A stretch of DNA of 64,000 bases from an uncultured Lachnospiraceae bacterium. GTDB lineage: Bacteria; Bacillota; Clostridia; Lachnospirales; Lachnospiraceae. The notes under the pieces are model-generated. The model did no database searches, was not told the DNA's origin, and saw only the letters and a list, made by a program, of their open reading frames with translations. This document shows positions 9,687-17,842 of this stretch, piece after piece. The stretch lies in assembly GCA_910586725.1 (NCBI GenBank), contig CAJUJL010000006.1, positions 4,477 through 68,476 of the forward strand, in the 5' to 3' direction. How positions within the stretch are numbered: the stretch's first letter is position 1; the number at the start of each line of letters is the position of its first letter. The position numbers were made by a program, and so were the translations under genes.

Positions 9687-10657
9687 ATTCTGATATAAAC
9701 CATCGGCGCATCCAGTCCCGCAGCCGCGCTTTTGCAGCGCTTTTGATCTTCCGACATCCACAGGCCGTCATTTTTTCCACAGGGAAGCATCGCCTCCTCC
9801 GGCAGATTTGCGGGCATTTTGACTTTTTTCAGTTCCTGAACGGAAGTAAGCATATCATGTATTCCGCAGCAGCCTTCCTCATTCATTTTCAAAGAAGAAA
9901 AATCAAACTGTTCCAGATCCAAATCCATCAAACTTTTACATTGATAGAACATTCTTTCCATCCCGGTAAGGTTTTTTGTCACAAAACGGCTCAAATCCAA
10001 ATGCCTTAAGCTTGCGCATTGTTCAAACATGCCGCTCATATCGGATACCCGCGCCGTATCAAAACCATGCAGGTCAAGGCTTACCAGGTTTCTGCAATTG
10101 TAAAACATATCCCGCATATTCACCGCGTTCTGCGTCTGAAATCCGCTTAAATCCAGCTCTGTCAGACTGCCGCATCCCTCAAACATGCCATACAGATTCG
10201 TCACGGATGCGGTATTGAAATGCTTCAAATCCAGTTTTTTTAAACTGCTGCATTCCAAAAACATATAGCTCATATCCGTAACTTTGCCTGTGTCAAATGT
10301 CTCAAGATTTAAATGCGTAAGACTTGCGCAGCCGGAAAACATGCCGTGCATATCCGTCGCTTCAGACGTATTCCCTGTTCCAAATTCCAGATGTTTTAAT
10401 TTCATACAGCCGCCAAACATATAACTCATATCTTTTATCCCGCTAAGATCCAGTTCTTTGAAATCCACATACTCCAGATTTTTGCAGTCGCAAAACAATC
10501 CATATGCGTTTGTCATATTCCTCACCGCTGCAATCACTCTCTTAATTTTATATTTTTCCCCGCTCCAAAGACGATTGTCGATATTTCCGGATCCTTTTAT
10601 CCGCAATGTTCCGTCTGTGTCCAGATTCCACTCCAGCATAGGGCCTCCCATATTCAT
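9683..10657 (-). CDS. DUF285/BspA-type 26-aa repeat protein lacking signal peptide and anchor
   Basis: Repeats of LDLxxFxTxxVTDMxxMFxxCxxL. Alternative start ATG 10639 follows GGGAGG. Paralog of the core of 11781-13550. Confidence 0.8.
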   Translation of the reverse strand: MNMGGPMLEWNLDTDGTLRIKGSGNIDNRLWSGEKYKIKRVIAAVRNMTNAYGLFCDCKNLEYVDFKELDLSGIKDMSYMFGGCMKLKHLEFGTGNTSEATDMHGMFSGCASLTHLNLETFDTGKVTDMSYMFLECSSLKKLDLKHFNTASVTNLYGMFEGCGSLTELDLSGFQTQNAVNMRDMFYNCRNLVSLDLHGFDTARVSDMSGMFEQCASLRHLDLSRFVTKNLTGMERMFYQCKSLMDLDLEQFDFSSLKMNEEGCCGIHDMLTSVQELKKVKMPANLPEEAMLPCGKNDGLWMSEDQKRCKSAAAGLDAPMVYIRI

Positions 10658-10681
10658 TGCATAGTTCTGTTTTTCGTCATT

Positions 10682-10783
10682 ATTATACGATTAATTTTTT
10701 ATAACGGATTCGATTCGTCATAATATGCCGTTTTCCTGTCATATTTACACAAAATCTGCTATATATTGCACTGTTTCTGTCAT
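10682..10783 (-). promoter_or_regulatory. Promoter with phased LytTR-type boxes
   Basis: -10 TATAAT at 10682-10687. GTCAT boxes at 10717, 10738, 10758 (GCTAT) and 10779, plus an extra copy at 10676. Confidence 0.7.
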
Positions 10784-10835
10784 TTTTTTGTAATGCATGC
10801 ATTTGCTTTATTGCCTTCTTTTAATTCTGTAAATG

Positions 10836-10878
10836 AAAAAGGTGTAAAGCATTGATCATTCAATACCTTTACACCCTT
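10836..10878 (-). terminator. Rho-independent terminator after the 13550-10934 operon
   Basis: GGTGTAAAG...CTTTACACC stem with an inner ATTGA/TCAAT stem, followed by a U-tract on the minus strand. Confidence 0.75.
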
Positions 10879-10933
10879 GATTTGGTTCGTTCAATATTTC
10901 TATTTATTCTCTGATTTCATTTTGCAAAACCCG

Positions 10934-11758
10934 TTATTTCCACTGAATCTGATAAAACCCGCTTCCTTCCGCATTAAATTTATAAATCCCGAGATAGTAA
11001 GTTCCCGCTTTTAAATTCACCTTTGACTTTCCGGAAGCATACCAATAAATCATATCTTTCTTATATTTTCCATCCGTAAGCAGCCGTCCCTTATGATCAT
11101 ACAGTCGAACCTGCAAAGATTGATCAAGGAAATATGAAGCATTTAACTTAAAATGAAAAGCCACTTTCCCTGATTTCGAAACTTTTACTTTATAGACTGC
11201 TTTTACGCCGTCTTTCTCATTTATAAACACAAGTCCTTTGGCCGTCTTTCCTCTTTTTAATTCAGGAGCCTGTGACATTCTCGTCGCCTTTTTTCCTTTG
11301 TCCTTGACTGCCGTAAATGTATAACGGAGTTTATACTGATACGGAATATTAACATATTGGAAATAATCGCCATCTTCATCCGTTTCGCCAACCCCCATAT
11401 GCTCAGATACTTCATTTTCTGCACGCAGATAATACGTTCCTTTTTTCAGCGCCCAATAAGCCGTATGCTTTTTGTAAATATTGGAGCTTTCCGAAAGCTT
11501 CTTTTTATTGCGGTCATACAAAGTTATTTTAGAGTAAAGCTCCGGTTCTTTATTCAGAAAATATTCTACCCTTATGTATCCCGTTTTTGCTATCTTGATT
11601 TTGTAGAAGGTATTGTCGGCCGCGCTTTGCTTTGTTGTATCGTTGATCCATTTTTTCGGCTGCAAATCCGCCTCTGCCGCATAAACGCGGATTCCCGTCA
11701 GAAGAAATAAAAACAGCGTGATCGGTATTGCCGCAAGATATGTTTTTGCTCTTTTCAT
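10934..11758 (-). CDS. Secreted basic protein with two PPC-like beta-sandwich domains
   Basis: Signal peptide ending VYA-AE; two copies of YKIK(V)xKxG...LKxGTYYL; RBS AAGGGGGAG. Confidence 0.7.
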   Translation of the reverse strand: MKRAKTYLAAIPITLFLFLLTGIRVYAAEADLQPKKWINDTTKQSAADNTFYKIKIAKTGYIRVEYFLNKEPELYSKITLYDRNKKKLSESSNIYKKHTAYWALKKGTYYLRAENEVSEHMGVGETDEDGDYFQYVNIPYQYKLRYTFTAVKDKGKKATRMSQAPELKRGKTAKGLVFINEKDGVKAVYKVKVSKSGKVAFHFKLNASYFLDQSLQVRLYDHKGRLLTDGKYKKDMIYWYASGKSKVNLKAGTYYLGIYKFNAEGSGFYQIQWK

Positions 11759-11780
11759 ACTGCTCTCCCCCTTTGTAGTC

Positions 11781-13550
11781 TTATTTCACAATCTTTACGC
11801 TCTTTGCCTGTCCCCTGGACTTCATCTTCTTTTGATACGCCCGCACTTTAGAAGCCGGCACTTTGATTTTGCATTTCTTGTGTATATTTTTGAATGCGTT
11901 TTTGCCCACGGATTTTACTTTTGTGCTTTTCACCTGAATTTTCTTTAAATTCTTACATCCCTTGAACGCATTTTTTCCAATTGACGTAACGCCGCTTCCG
12001 ATCGTCACTTTTTTTAATTTTGTACAGTTTTCAAACGCACCGTCTCCCAGTTTCGCTACATTTGCTCCGATTGTGACGCCGGTAATATTTTTCTTTCCCC
12101 GCAGCGCTTTTGCATTTACAGCCGTTACTTTGTAGGTAATGCCAAGATACGTCACGCTGTCCGGAATGGTGACTGTTTTTGCATTAGCCAGATCCGTTCC
12201 GGCAAAAGTCACCGTATCCGCGCCGCTTACCACATATTTTCCAAATGTTGCCGCGTCCGTAATATTCGTTCCTGACGGAAGCGGAGCCGGAGGCACATAG
12301 GCCGGAGGCTGAATAGACGGAGAATATTCCCTCCATATACACGTATACGTCATTGGCACGGAAAGCCCCTTCTTAACATACTCGCATTCCGCACCGGATT
12401 CATCTGTCCAGACTGCCACCATATTATTGGGCATCAGGTTTGAATAAGGGAATATCACTCTTTCCGGAAGATTTGCCGGCATTTTTATCTTCACAAGATT
12501 GTCCACATTGCCAAACAGATGAATCGGAAACGTTTCTCCCGTATTTTCGGCCGTCAACTCAACATTTTCCAGATTAAAATTGCTTAAATCAAGTTCCTTT
12601 AATTGATTGCAGTCATAGAACATATTATCGATTTCCCTGACATTTCCTGTCTGAAATCCACTCAGGTCCAAAGCGGAAAGGCTGCTGCACCCCCAAAACA
12701 TGCTATACATACTCAAGACTTTTCCAGTCTGAAATCCGCTTAAATTTAAACTCTTCAAACTGCGGCATTCCTCAAACATGCTGCTCATATTTGTGACATT
12801 CGCCGTGCTAAAGCTGCTCAAATCCAAACCTGTCAATTCAATGCAGCCTGAAAACATATACCGCATGTCCGTTACGCTGTCGGTGCGAAAACTGCCAAGA
12901 TTCAAATTTGTGAGGCTGTTGCAGCCATAAAACATACTCTCCATATCCGTTACGCTGCCGGTGTTCAGCCCGCTTATATTCAGATCGGACAACTTGCCGC
13001 AACCGTAAAACATGCCGCTCATATCCGTTACCTTTCCTGTCTGGAAACCGCTTAGATTTAAGCTGGTCAGGCTGCTGCAGTCGTAAAACATGTCGTGCAT
13101 ATCCGTTACGTTTTGGGTATTAAAATTACCAAACTCAATGTTTTTCAGCTTAGTTAACCTGGAAAACGCATAGGATAAATCCGTGATCTGACTGGCGTCA
13201 AATCCCCTCAAATCCACGCTTTCCAGATTTGGAAACTCCTCGCCTTTCAAGATGAAGTATCTTGACCCCGTTACATTGGCGACAATCTTTTTCACATCAA
13301 AGTTTTTCTGGTCAAATTCATTCCAATAGTAAACGTCAATATCTCCGGTTCCTGTAATCGTAAGCGTTCCGTCCGCATCCAGATTCCATTCCAGTGAATC
13401 TTCCGTCCAATCATCCGCTTCCTGATAAACCGCGTCCGGCTGCTTATGTTCCTCCGCTCTTACCGTTGTGCCAAAAGCCGCGCTCATGCACAAAACCGAC
13501 AATGACATTGCGGCAATTCCAAATGTTGTTTTAAACTTCTTATATTTCAT
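11781..13550 (-). CDS. DUF285/BspA-family repeat surface protein with Lys-rich C-terminal LRR module
   Basis: True start probably ATG 13550 (MKYKKFKTT, RBS GGGAGG, signal peptide) rather than 13682. Has 26-aa repeats, a Pro-rich linker and a C-terminal module like that of 5931-8024. Confidence 0.85.
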   Translation of the reverse strand: MKYKKFKTTFGIAAMSLSVLCMSAAFGTTVRAEEHKQPDAVYQEADDWTEDSLEWNLDADGTLTITGTGDIDVYYWNEFDQKNFDVKKIVANVTGSRYFILKGEEFPNLESVDLRGFDASQITDLSYAFSRLTKLKNIEFGNFNTQNVTDMHDMFYDCSSLTSLNLSGFQTGKVTDMSGMFYGCGKLSDLNISGLNTGSVTDMESMFYGCNSLTNLNLGSFRTDSVTDMRYMFSGCIELTGLDLSSFSTANVTNMSSMFEECRSLKSLNLSGFQTGKVLSMYSMFWGCSSLSALDLSGFQTGNVREIDNMFYDCNQLKELDLSNFNLENVELTAENTGETFPIHLFGNVDNLVKIKMPANLPERVIFPYSNLMPNNMVAVWTDESGAECEYVKKGLSVPMTYTCIWREYSPSIQPPAYVPPAPLPSGTNITDAATFGKYVVSGADTVTFAGTDLANAKTVTIPDSVTYLGITYKVTAVNAKALRGKKNITGVTIGANVAKLGDGAFENCTKLKKVTIGSGVTSIGKNAFKGCKNLKKIQVKSTKVKSVGKNAFKNIHKKCKIKVPASKVRAYQKKMKSRGQAKSVKIVK

Positions 13551-13581
13551 ATTTTTTCCTCCCAAGAAAATATTTGTTTTT

Positions 13582-13683
13582 ATTATACTTGATTTTTTTT
13601 CAATAAATTGGCGTCTGTAATAACTCGCTAAAAACATGTCATTCTTTTCCGCTTTCGTCATATCCGGCCAGAATTTCGTCATA
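13582..13683 (-). promoter_or_regulatory. Promoter with phased LytTR-type boxes
   Basis: -10 TATAAT at 13582-13587. Boxes at 13617 (GTAAT), 13638, 13657 and 13678. Perfect 10-bp direct repeat TTTCGTCATA at 13653 and 13674 (21-bp period). Confidence 0.75.
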
Positions 13684-14398
13684 AATTTTCATTTCTTCCT
13701 CCGTTTCCTGAAAATATTTTCATTTGAATATCCTGATAATTTTTCCGGCTGACCGGAACAATCACTCCGTTTTTCAGACGGATGCCTTTTGTTGAGATTT
13801 CCGCTGCATGGCTTAAGTTAATTGCGTAACTTTGATGGCAGCGAATGAATTTTTCCTTGTATAGAAGACAGAAGTTCGATATTCTTTCATACACATATTC
13901 CGTTTCGTTTTCTTTAAAAATCAACAGCTTCCTTCCCCTGCTTTCCACGTAAAAAATCTCATCCGCCGGTATGTGGTAATGCCTTCCCTGCTTATTGATT
14001 TTTACAAATCCGCCTCCCTTCCCTTCGTTTTCCAGCTCCTTTAAAATGCACCGCTTCAGGCGCGCCTCGCAAAAAGGCTGAAACAGTAAACCACAGGGAT
14101 AAATCCCGTCAAAAATTTCTTCCGCGCGCAAAGGGCATCCCGTAAAAAAAATAATTTTTGCCGCGGGCATCTTTTTTTGCAGCTTTTTTGCCAGTTCCAT
14201 GCCGCCCATCTCTCTCATTTCCAAATCCAGAAAGAAAAGATACGCGGCGTCCGCAAATCCGTCCTCAATTTCATACATCAGCTGTCTGGCCGATACATAT
14301 CCGCAGACTGCGAACCGGTCCGGAAATAATTTTCCGATCATGCCTCTTAATTTCACCAATGCCGTTTCATCCTCCGTACATACCATGATTCTTTTCAT
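13679..14398 (-). CDS. LytTR-family response regulator with degenerate receiver domain
   Basis: REC plus LytTR (FIRCHQSYAINL). Acidic pocket reads CTED and the conserved Lys is replaced (LFQPF). Confidence 0.85.
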   Translation of the reverse strand: MKRIMVCTEDETALVKLRGMIGKLFPDRFAVCGYVSARQLMYEIEDGFADAAYLFFLDLEMREMGGMELAKKLQKKMPAAKIIFFTGCPLRAEEIFDGIYPCGLLFQPFCEARLKRCILKELENEGKGGGFVKINKQGRHYHIPADEIFYVESRGRKLLIFKENETEYVYERISNFCLLYKEKFIRCHQSYAINLSHAAEISTKGIRLKNGVIVPVSRKNYQDIQMKIFSGNGGRNENL

Positions 14399-14484
14399 AA
14401 ACGCCTCCTATCGCAATCCTTCGTTTCATCTGTTACACTGTAACATGCATACAGACGCGCATCCGTCTTCACCTTCCAAACCGC

Positions 14485-14511
14485 AAAAAAATAACAGGCC
14501 AATGCCTGTTA
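14485..14511 (-). terminator. Terminator between the two LytTR genes
   Basis: TAACAGGC-4 nt-GCCTGTTA stem starting at the stop codon, followed by T7 on the minus strand. Confidence 0.7.
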
Positions 14512-15198
14512 CAAAATTCTGGAACGCACTTCACGGTATTTCTGCCGGCTGATCGGGATCTTTTCACCGTTTTTTAAAAGAATTCCATTCGTGGATACTT
14601 CCGCGACCTGCCCCCAGTTGACGGCGTAGCTCTGATGGCATCGCACAAAATCCTCTTCATATATGAAACAGAAACGGGAGATTCTTTCATATACGCTTTC
14701 CGTCTTATCCTTTTTATGTATAAACAATTTTCTTGCCCTGCTTTCCACATAATAAATCTCTTCTGTCGGCACATAGTAATTTTTGCCTTTTTTTCTGATT
14801 TCCACAAAACGTCCCTCTTTTTTTTCGCTTTCCAGTTCTCTTTTCAAACACTTTTCCAGACGTTCCCGGCAAAACGGTTTTAAAAGCAGTCCAAACGGAT
14901 CAATTTCGTCAAATATTTTTTCGGTCCGCTCCGGATAACCTGTAATAAATATAATTTTTAACATGGGCATTTTCTTTTGCAGTATTTTCGCTACCTTAGT
15001 CCCCTCCATTTCCTTCATCTCTACATCCACAAACAATATGTCCGCCGATTTTAAAAACTCGTCCTCCACTTCATAAATAAGCTGTCTGGCCGATACATAG
15101 CCGCTGATGACAAACAGATTCGGAAATAATTGATCAATCATTTCACGAAGTTCAAAGATTGATTTTTCATTGTCATCGCATATGATTACTTTTTTCAT
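14509..15198 (-). CDS. LytTR-family response regulator (canonical receiver)
   Basis: ICDDN, FVDVEM, IIFITGY and LLKPF motifs; LytTR motif FVRCHQSYAVN. Confidence 0.9.
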   Translation of the reverse strand: MKKVIICDDNEKSIFELREMIDQLFPNLFVISGYVSARQLIYEVEDEFLKSADILFVDVEMKEMEGTKVAKILQKKMPMLKIIFITGYPERTEKIFDEIDPFGLLLKPFCRERLEKCLKRELESEKKEGRFVEIRKKGKNYYVPTEEIYYVESRARKLFIHKKDKTESVYERISRFCFIYEEDFVRCHQSYAVNWGQVAEVSTNGILLKNGEKIPISRQKYREVRSRIL

Positions 15199-15321
15199 AT
15201 TGACTCCCTCTTAACCCCCTATGGCTTTCGTATCGCGCACGATTCAAAACCATATTTTTCTGATTGTGAAAACCTCCGTTTTATGTTATCTTTATTTCAG
15301 TTTATTTTAACTTAATTTCAC

Positions 15322-15350
15322 ATTATATCTCTTATAAAGGAGAATGTCAA
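15322..15350 (-). promoter_or_regulatory. Consensus sigma-A promoter of the LytTR gene(s) with an operator in the spacer
   Basis: Minus strand TTGACA (15345-15350), 17 nt, TATAAT (15322-15327). The spacer is filled by the quasi-palindrome TCTCTTATAAAGGAGA. Confidence 0.8.
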
Positions 15351-15374
15351 TAATATTTTATCCTAATTAGGAGA
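15328..15374. promoter_or_regulatory. Two 16-bp quasi-palindromic operators (putative XRE sites)
   Basis: TCTCTTATAAAGGAGA (15328-15343) and TATCCTAATTAGGAGA (15359-15374), 31 bp apart. Confidence 0.6.
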
Positions 15375-15407
15375 ATTTTGCATTTTTTAAACAAATTGGA
15401 GAACTTT

Positions 15408-15755
15408 ATGGAACTGGATATTATCATGATTGGAAACCGCATCAAAGAAAGACGCAAAGAACTCTGCCTGACACAGCTGGACATCAAAGAAAAAACCGGA
15501 ATTTCTTCCGGTAATATGAGCGATATAGAGCGCGGCAACCGTCTCCCCGCCGCGTCAACTCTCGTTTTGCTTTCCGAAGCGCTGCAATGCTCCATTGACT
15601 ATCTTCTGACCGGAAAAACTCCTTGTCAGGAGATTTCCAGCCAGGATTTAGATTTTTTAAAACTGCTGCACGATATTTCAAAAGACGATCAAGAAGAACT
15701 TTTCCTGATTGCCAAATTAAAGCAGCAACGGCAGCAGGAGCGAAAAAAAATCTGA
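15408..15755 (+). CDS. XRE-family helix-turn-helix transcriptional regulator
   Basis: ATG 15408 after GGAG; IGNRIKERRKELCLTQ...GISSGNMSDIERGNRLP...SIDYLLTG. Confidence 0.9.
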   Translation: MELDIIMIGNRIKERRKELCLTQLDIKEKTGISSGNMSDIERGNRLPAASTLVLLSEALQCSIDYLLTGKTPCQEISSQDLDFLKLLHDISKDDQEELFLIAKLKQQRQQERKKI

Positions 15756-15756
15756 T

Positions 15757-16539
15757 TTATTTTCTGCTCCGTTGCATTAGCCAGCAGACGCCCGACGCCG
15801 CGGCGCCAAAGAGCGCAATCGTCATAACGGCAAGATTGACGTCATTTGCATCCATAAATGCAAACAGGTTCGTCTCAGCCCGAAGCACAGAAGTTAAATT
15901 TGCCGCCATATGGGCCGTCACCGCGCCAAGGAGATTTCCGGCGGCCTCCCTGAAATATGCGAGCAGCAGTCCAAACACGGCCGCATAAATAAACTGTACC
16001 AGATTCATATGTATCAATCCGAAAATCACAGCCGAAATAAAAACGGCATACCAGACGCCAAGCCAGTCTTTTAACCTTCCATAAACTATGCCCCGGTAAA
16101 GCAGTTCCTCCACGAATGGAATAACGATACAAAGCGCGGTGATTTCAAGGAGCATTCTTCCCGTATAAAACGTCTCCTGCACCTGTGCATACGACGCCGA
16201 ATATTCCGAAATCCGCAAAATTCCAAGCACATTGTTCCACGCCAGAGCAAAGCAGCCCCCCACAACAAACGTCACGGCCAAAATTGCCCAGGGAAGCTTT
16301 GCCTCTTTCCATTTTTTCAGAGAAATGGCTTTGCCCCGCATTTCCTGATCCTGATGATAAAAAGAATATAAAAAAGGAAAAACGGCAAGCGAAGTAAGCA
16401 GCTGCCGAAACAATTTCGAATCCGCCGTCTCCGGCACAATTGATTGCAAAAGATACAATACCATGGTAGTCACTGCAAAGTAAATGCAGATCGGATACAA
16501 AATATTCCAGATCCGCATTGCTTTCGACTGATTCAACAT
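15757..16539 (-). CDS. CPBP (CAAX/Abi) family intramembrane metalloprotease
   Basis: PFVEELLYRG, FGLIH and HMAAN motifs; multiple TM segments; start ATG 16539 after a GGGGGAAG RBS. Confidence 0.9.
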   Translation of the reverse strand: MLNQSKAMRIWNILYPICIYFAVTTMVLYLLQSIVPETADSKLFRQLLTSLAVFPFLYSFYHQDQEMRGKAISLKKWKEAKLPWAILAVTFVVGGCFALAWNNVLGILRISEYSASYAQVQETFYTGRMLLEITALCIVIPFVEELLYRGIVYGRLKDWLGVWYAVFISAVIFGLIHMNLVQFIYAAVFGLLLAYFREAAGNLLGAVTAHMAANLTSVLRAETNLFAFMDANDVNLAVMTIALFGAAASGVCWLMQRSRK

Positions 16540-16552
16540 CTTATCTTCCCCC

Positions 16553-17842
16553 CTACGCCAAAATTTCCCGCATTCTTGCGCCAATATAGTCTTCTTTGTA
16601 GTTTTCCAGTAATTGATTCGCATACCGCTTCGCGGGATTTAAAATTTTTGCTTCCTCAAAATCAAGCACGTCAAACACCGCATAATCGTCCGGAAATAAT
16701 ACGTTCTTTTCTTTTTCACAGGAAGAAAAAAATGCTTTCATATCCTGAATCAGGCCACACGCATACGTTTTGCATTGCGCATATTTTTCCCAGAAAGAAA
16801 ATCCGGACGCCGCCTGATGAAGCAGGATACGGTCTTTATCCTTCCTCTCCCACTTCTGTACTTTCCAGTTTTTGATAATATACGCCGTTTTATAGGCAAT
16901 CAGAAGATGTATAAAAATCAGATCCCGCCTCGCCACGCCCGAACAGCACATCGGATTCAAATCCAGCATGCGCAGCTCAATATGATTGACGCCGTTCTTC
17001 TTAAGATTTTCAAACGTATTTTCTCCCGCCGGCTTTAAACGGATGGGATAATACAATTCCTGAATGGAGTCAATCTCTTTCTTTTTCACATACCGCTCCA
17101 TGCTCTTTAAATAAGATGCAAAATCCGCATAAGACAATTCCGGAACAAACAGGTTCCAATAGCCGTATTTGCTGTTGCGAAAAGAGGCGTACTGATTCCA
17201 TTCTTCTTCCGGTACGCCAAGTCCCCTGAGAAATCCAGCGTCCGCTACCGGGCTTGCGGCAGTCAGGGCAACGAGCAGCCAGCTGTCTTCCATCAGTTCA
17301 TCGCACAGTCTGACATACCATTCGCTCTTTAATTCTTTAAGGCTTTTATCCGGAACTTTTTCCTGCAGCATTTCAAAAAACGCCAGCGGCATGGAATAAT
17401 TGAGATGCACGCCGGAAAAAAGCATTTTTACTTTCCCATACTTTTCGGCCAGATATTCCCGGTACGTTGTTTTGGATTCTTTGTATCCTTCAAATTCCGC
17501 AATCCGGACGCTGCCTTCCGCCTGATACAAAGGAGGGTTGGAATAGGTCCACATATATTCCCTCCCTTCCGGTCTGTCGTAGATCGCAGCCTCTACCATG
17601 CACTGCAGATCGCAGATTTCATCGCACGCCCCTGCCAGATTGTCATAGACGCCGCTGATAAATTCTACCTGGCTCTCACTGAAATCTCTGCTGATTTTCT
17701 CGCTCAGTCCCATCGGGTGGCTTGTCGACGCCAAATACCCGCGCGCGTCTATGCGGAGAGATTCTTTTTCTATGCCGAATTCCCCATTGAATAATTGCTG
17801 GTACAGTTTTCTGTCAACATTTTGTGATTTCATATAACGCAT
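16553..17842 (-). CDS. gshA: Glutamate-cysteine ligase (GshA domain only)
   Basis: FGIEKESLR, DFSESQVEFI, SGVHLNYS, ELYYPIRLK and HIELRMLDLNP motifs. Confidence 0.75.
   Translation of the reverse strand: MRYMKSQNVDRKLYQQLFNGEFGIEKESLRIDARGYLASTSHPMGLSEKISRDFSESQVEFISGVYDNLAGACDEICDLQCMVEAAIYDRPEGREYMWTYSNPPLYQAEGSVRIAEFEGYKESKTTYREYLAEKYGKVKMLFSGVHLNYSMPLAFFEMLQEKVPDKSLKELKSEWYVRLCDELMEDSWLLVALTAASPVADAGFLRGLGVPEEEWNQYASFRNSKYGYWNLFVPELSYADFASYLKSMERYVKKKEIDSIQELYYPIRLKPAGENTFENLKKNGVNHIELRMLDLNPMCCSGVARRDLIFIHLLIAYKTAYIIKNWKVQKWERKDKDRILLHQAASGFSFWEKYAQCKTYACGLIQDMKAFFSSCEKEKNVLFPDDYAVFDVLDFEEAKILNPAKRYANQLLENYKEDYIGARMREILA

Noticed and set aside
1968..13550. Shufflon or diversity-generating retroelement acting on the surface genes
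   Set aside because: No recombinase or reverse transcriptase in the window. The shared segments are direct, diverged repeats, and I saw no inverted crossover sites or adenine-specific variation.
13551..13682. 44-aa N-terminal extension of the DUF285 gene
   Set aside because: It covers the promoter and boxes. The RBS and signal peptide begin at 13550; the repeated MTK comes from the ATGACGAAA boxes.
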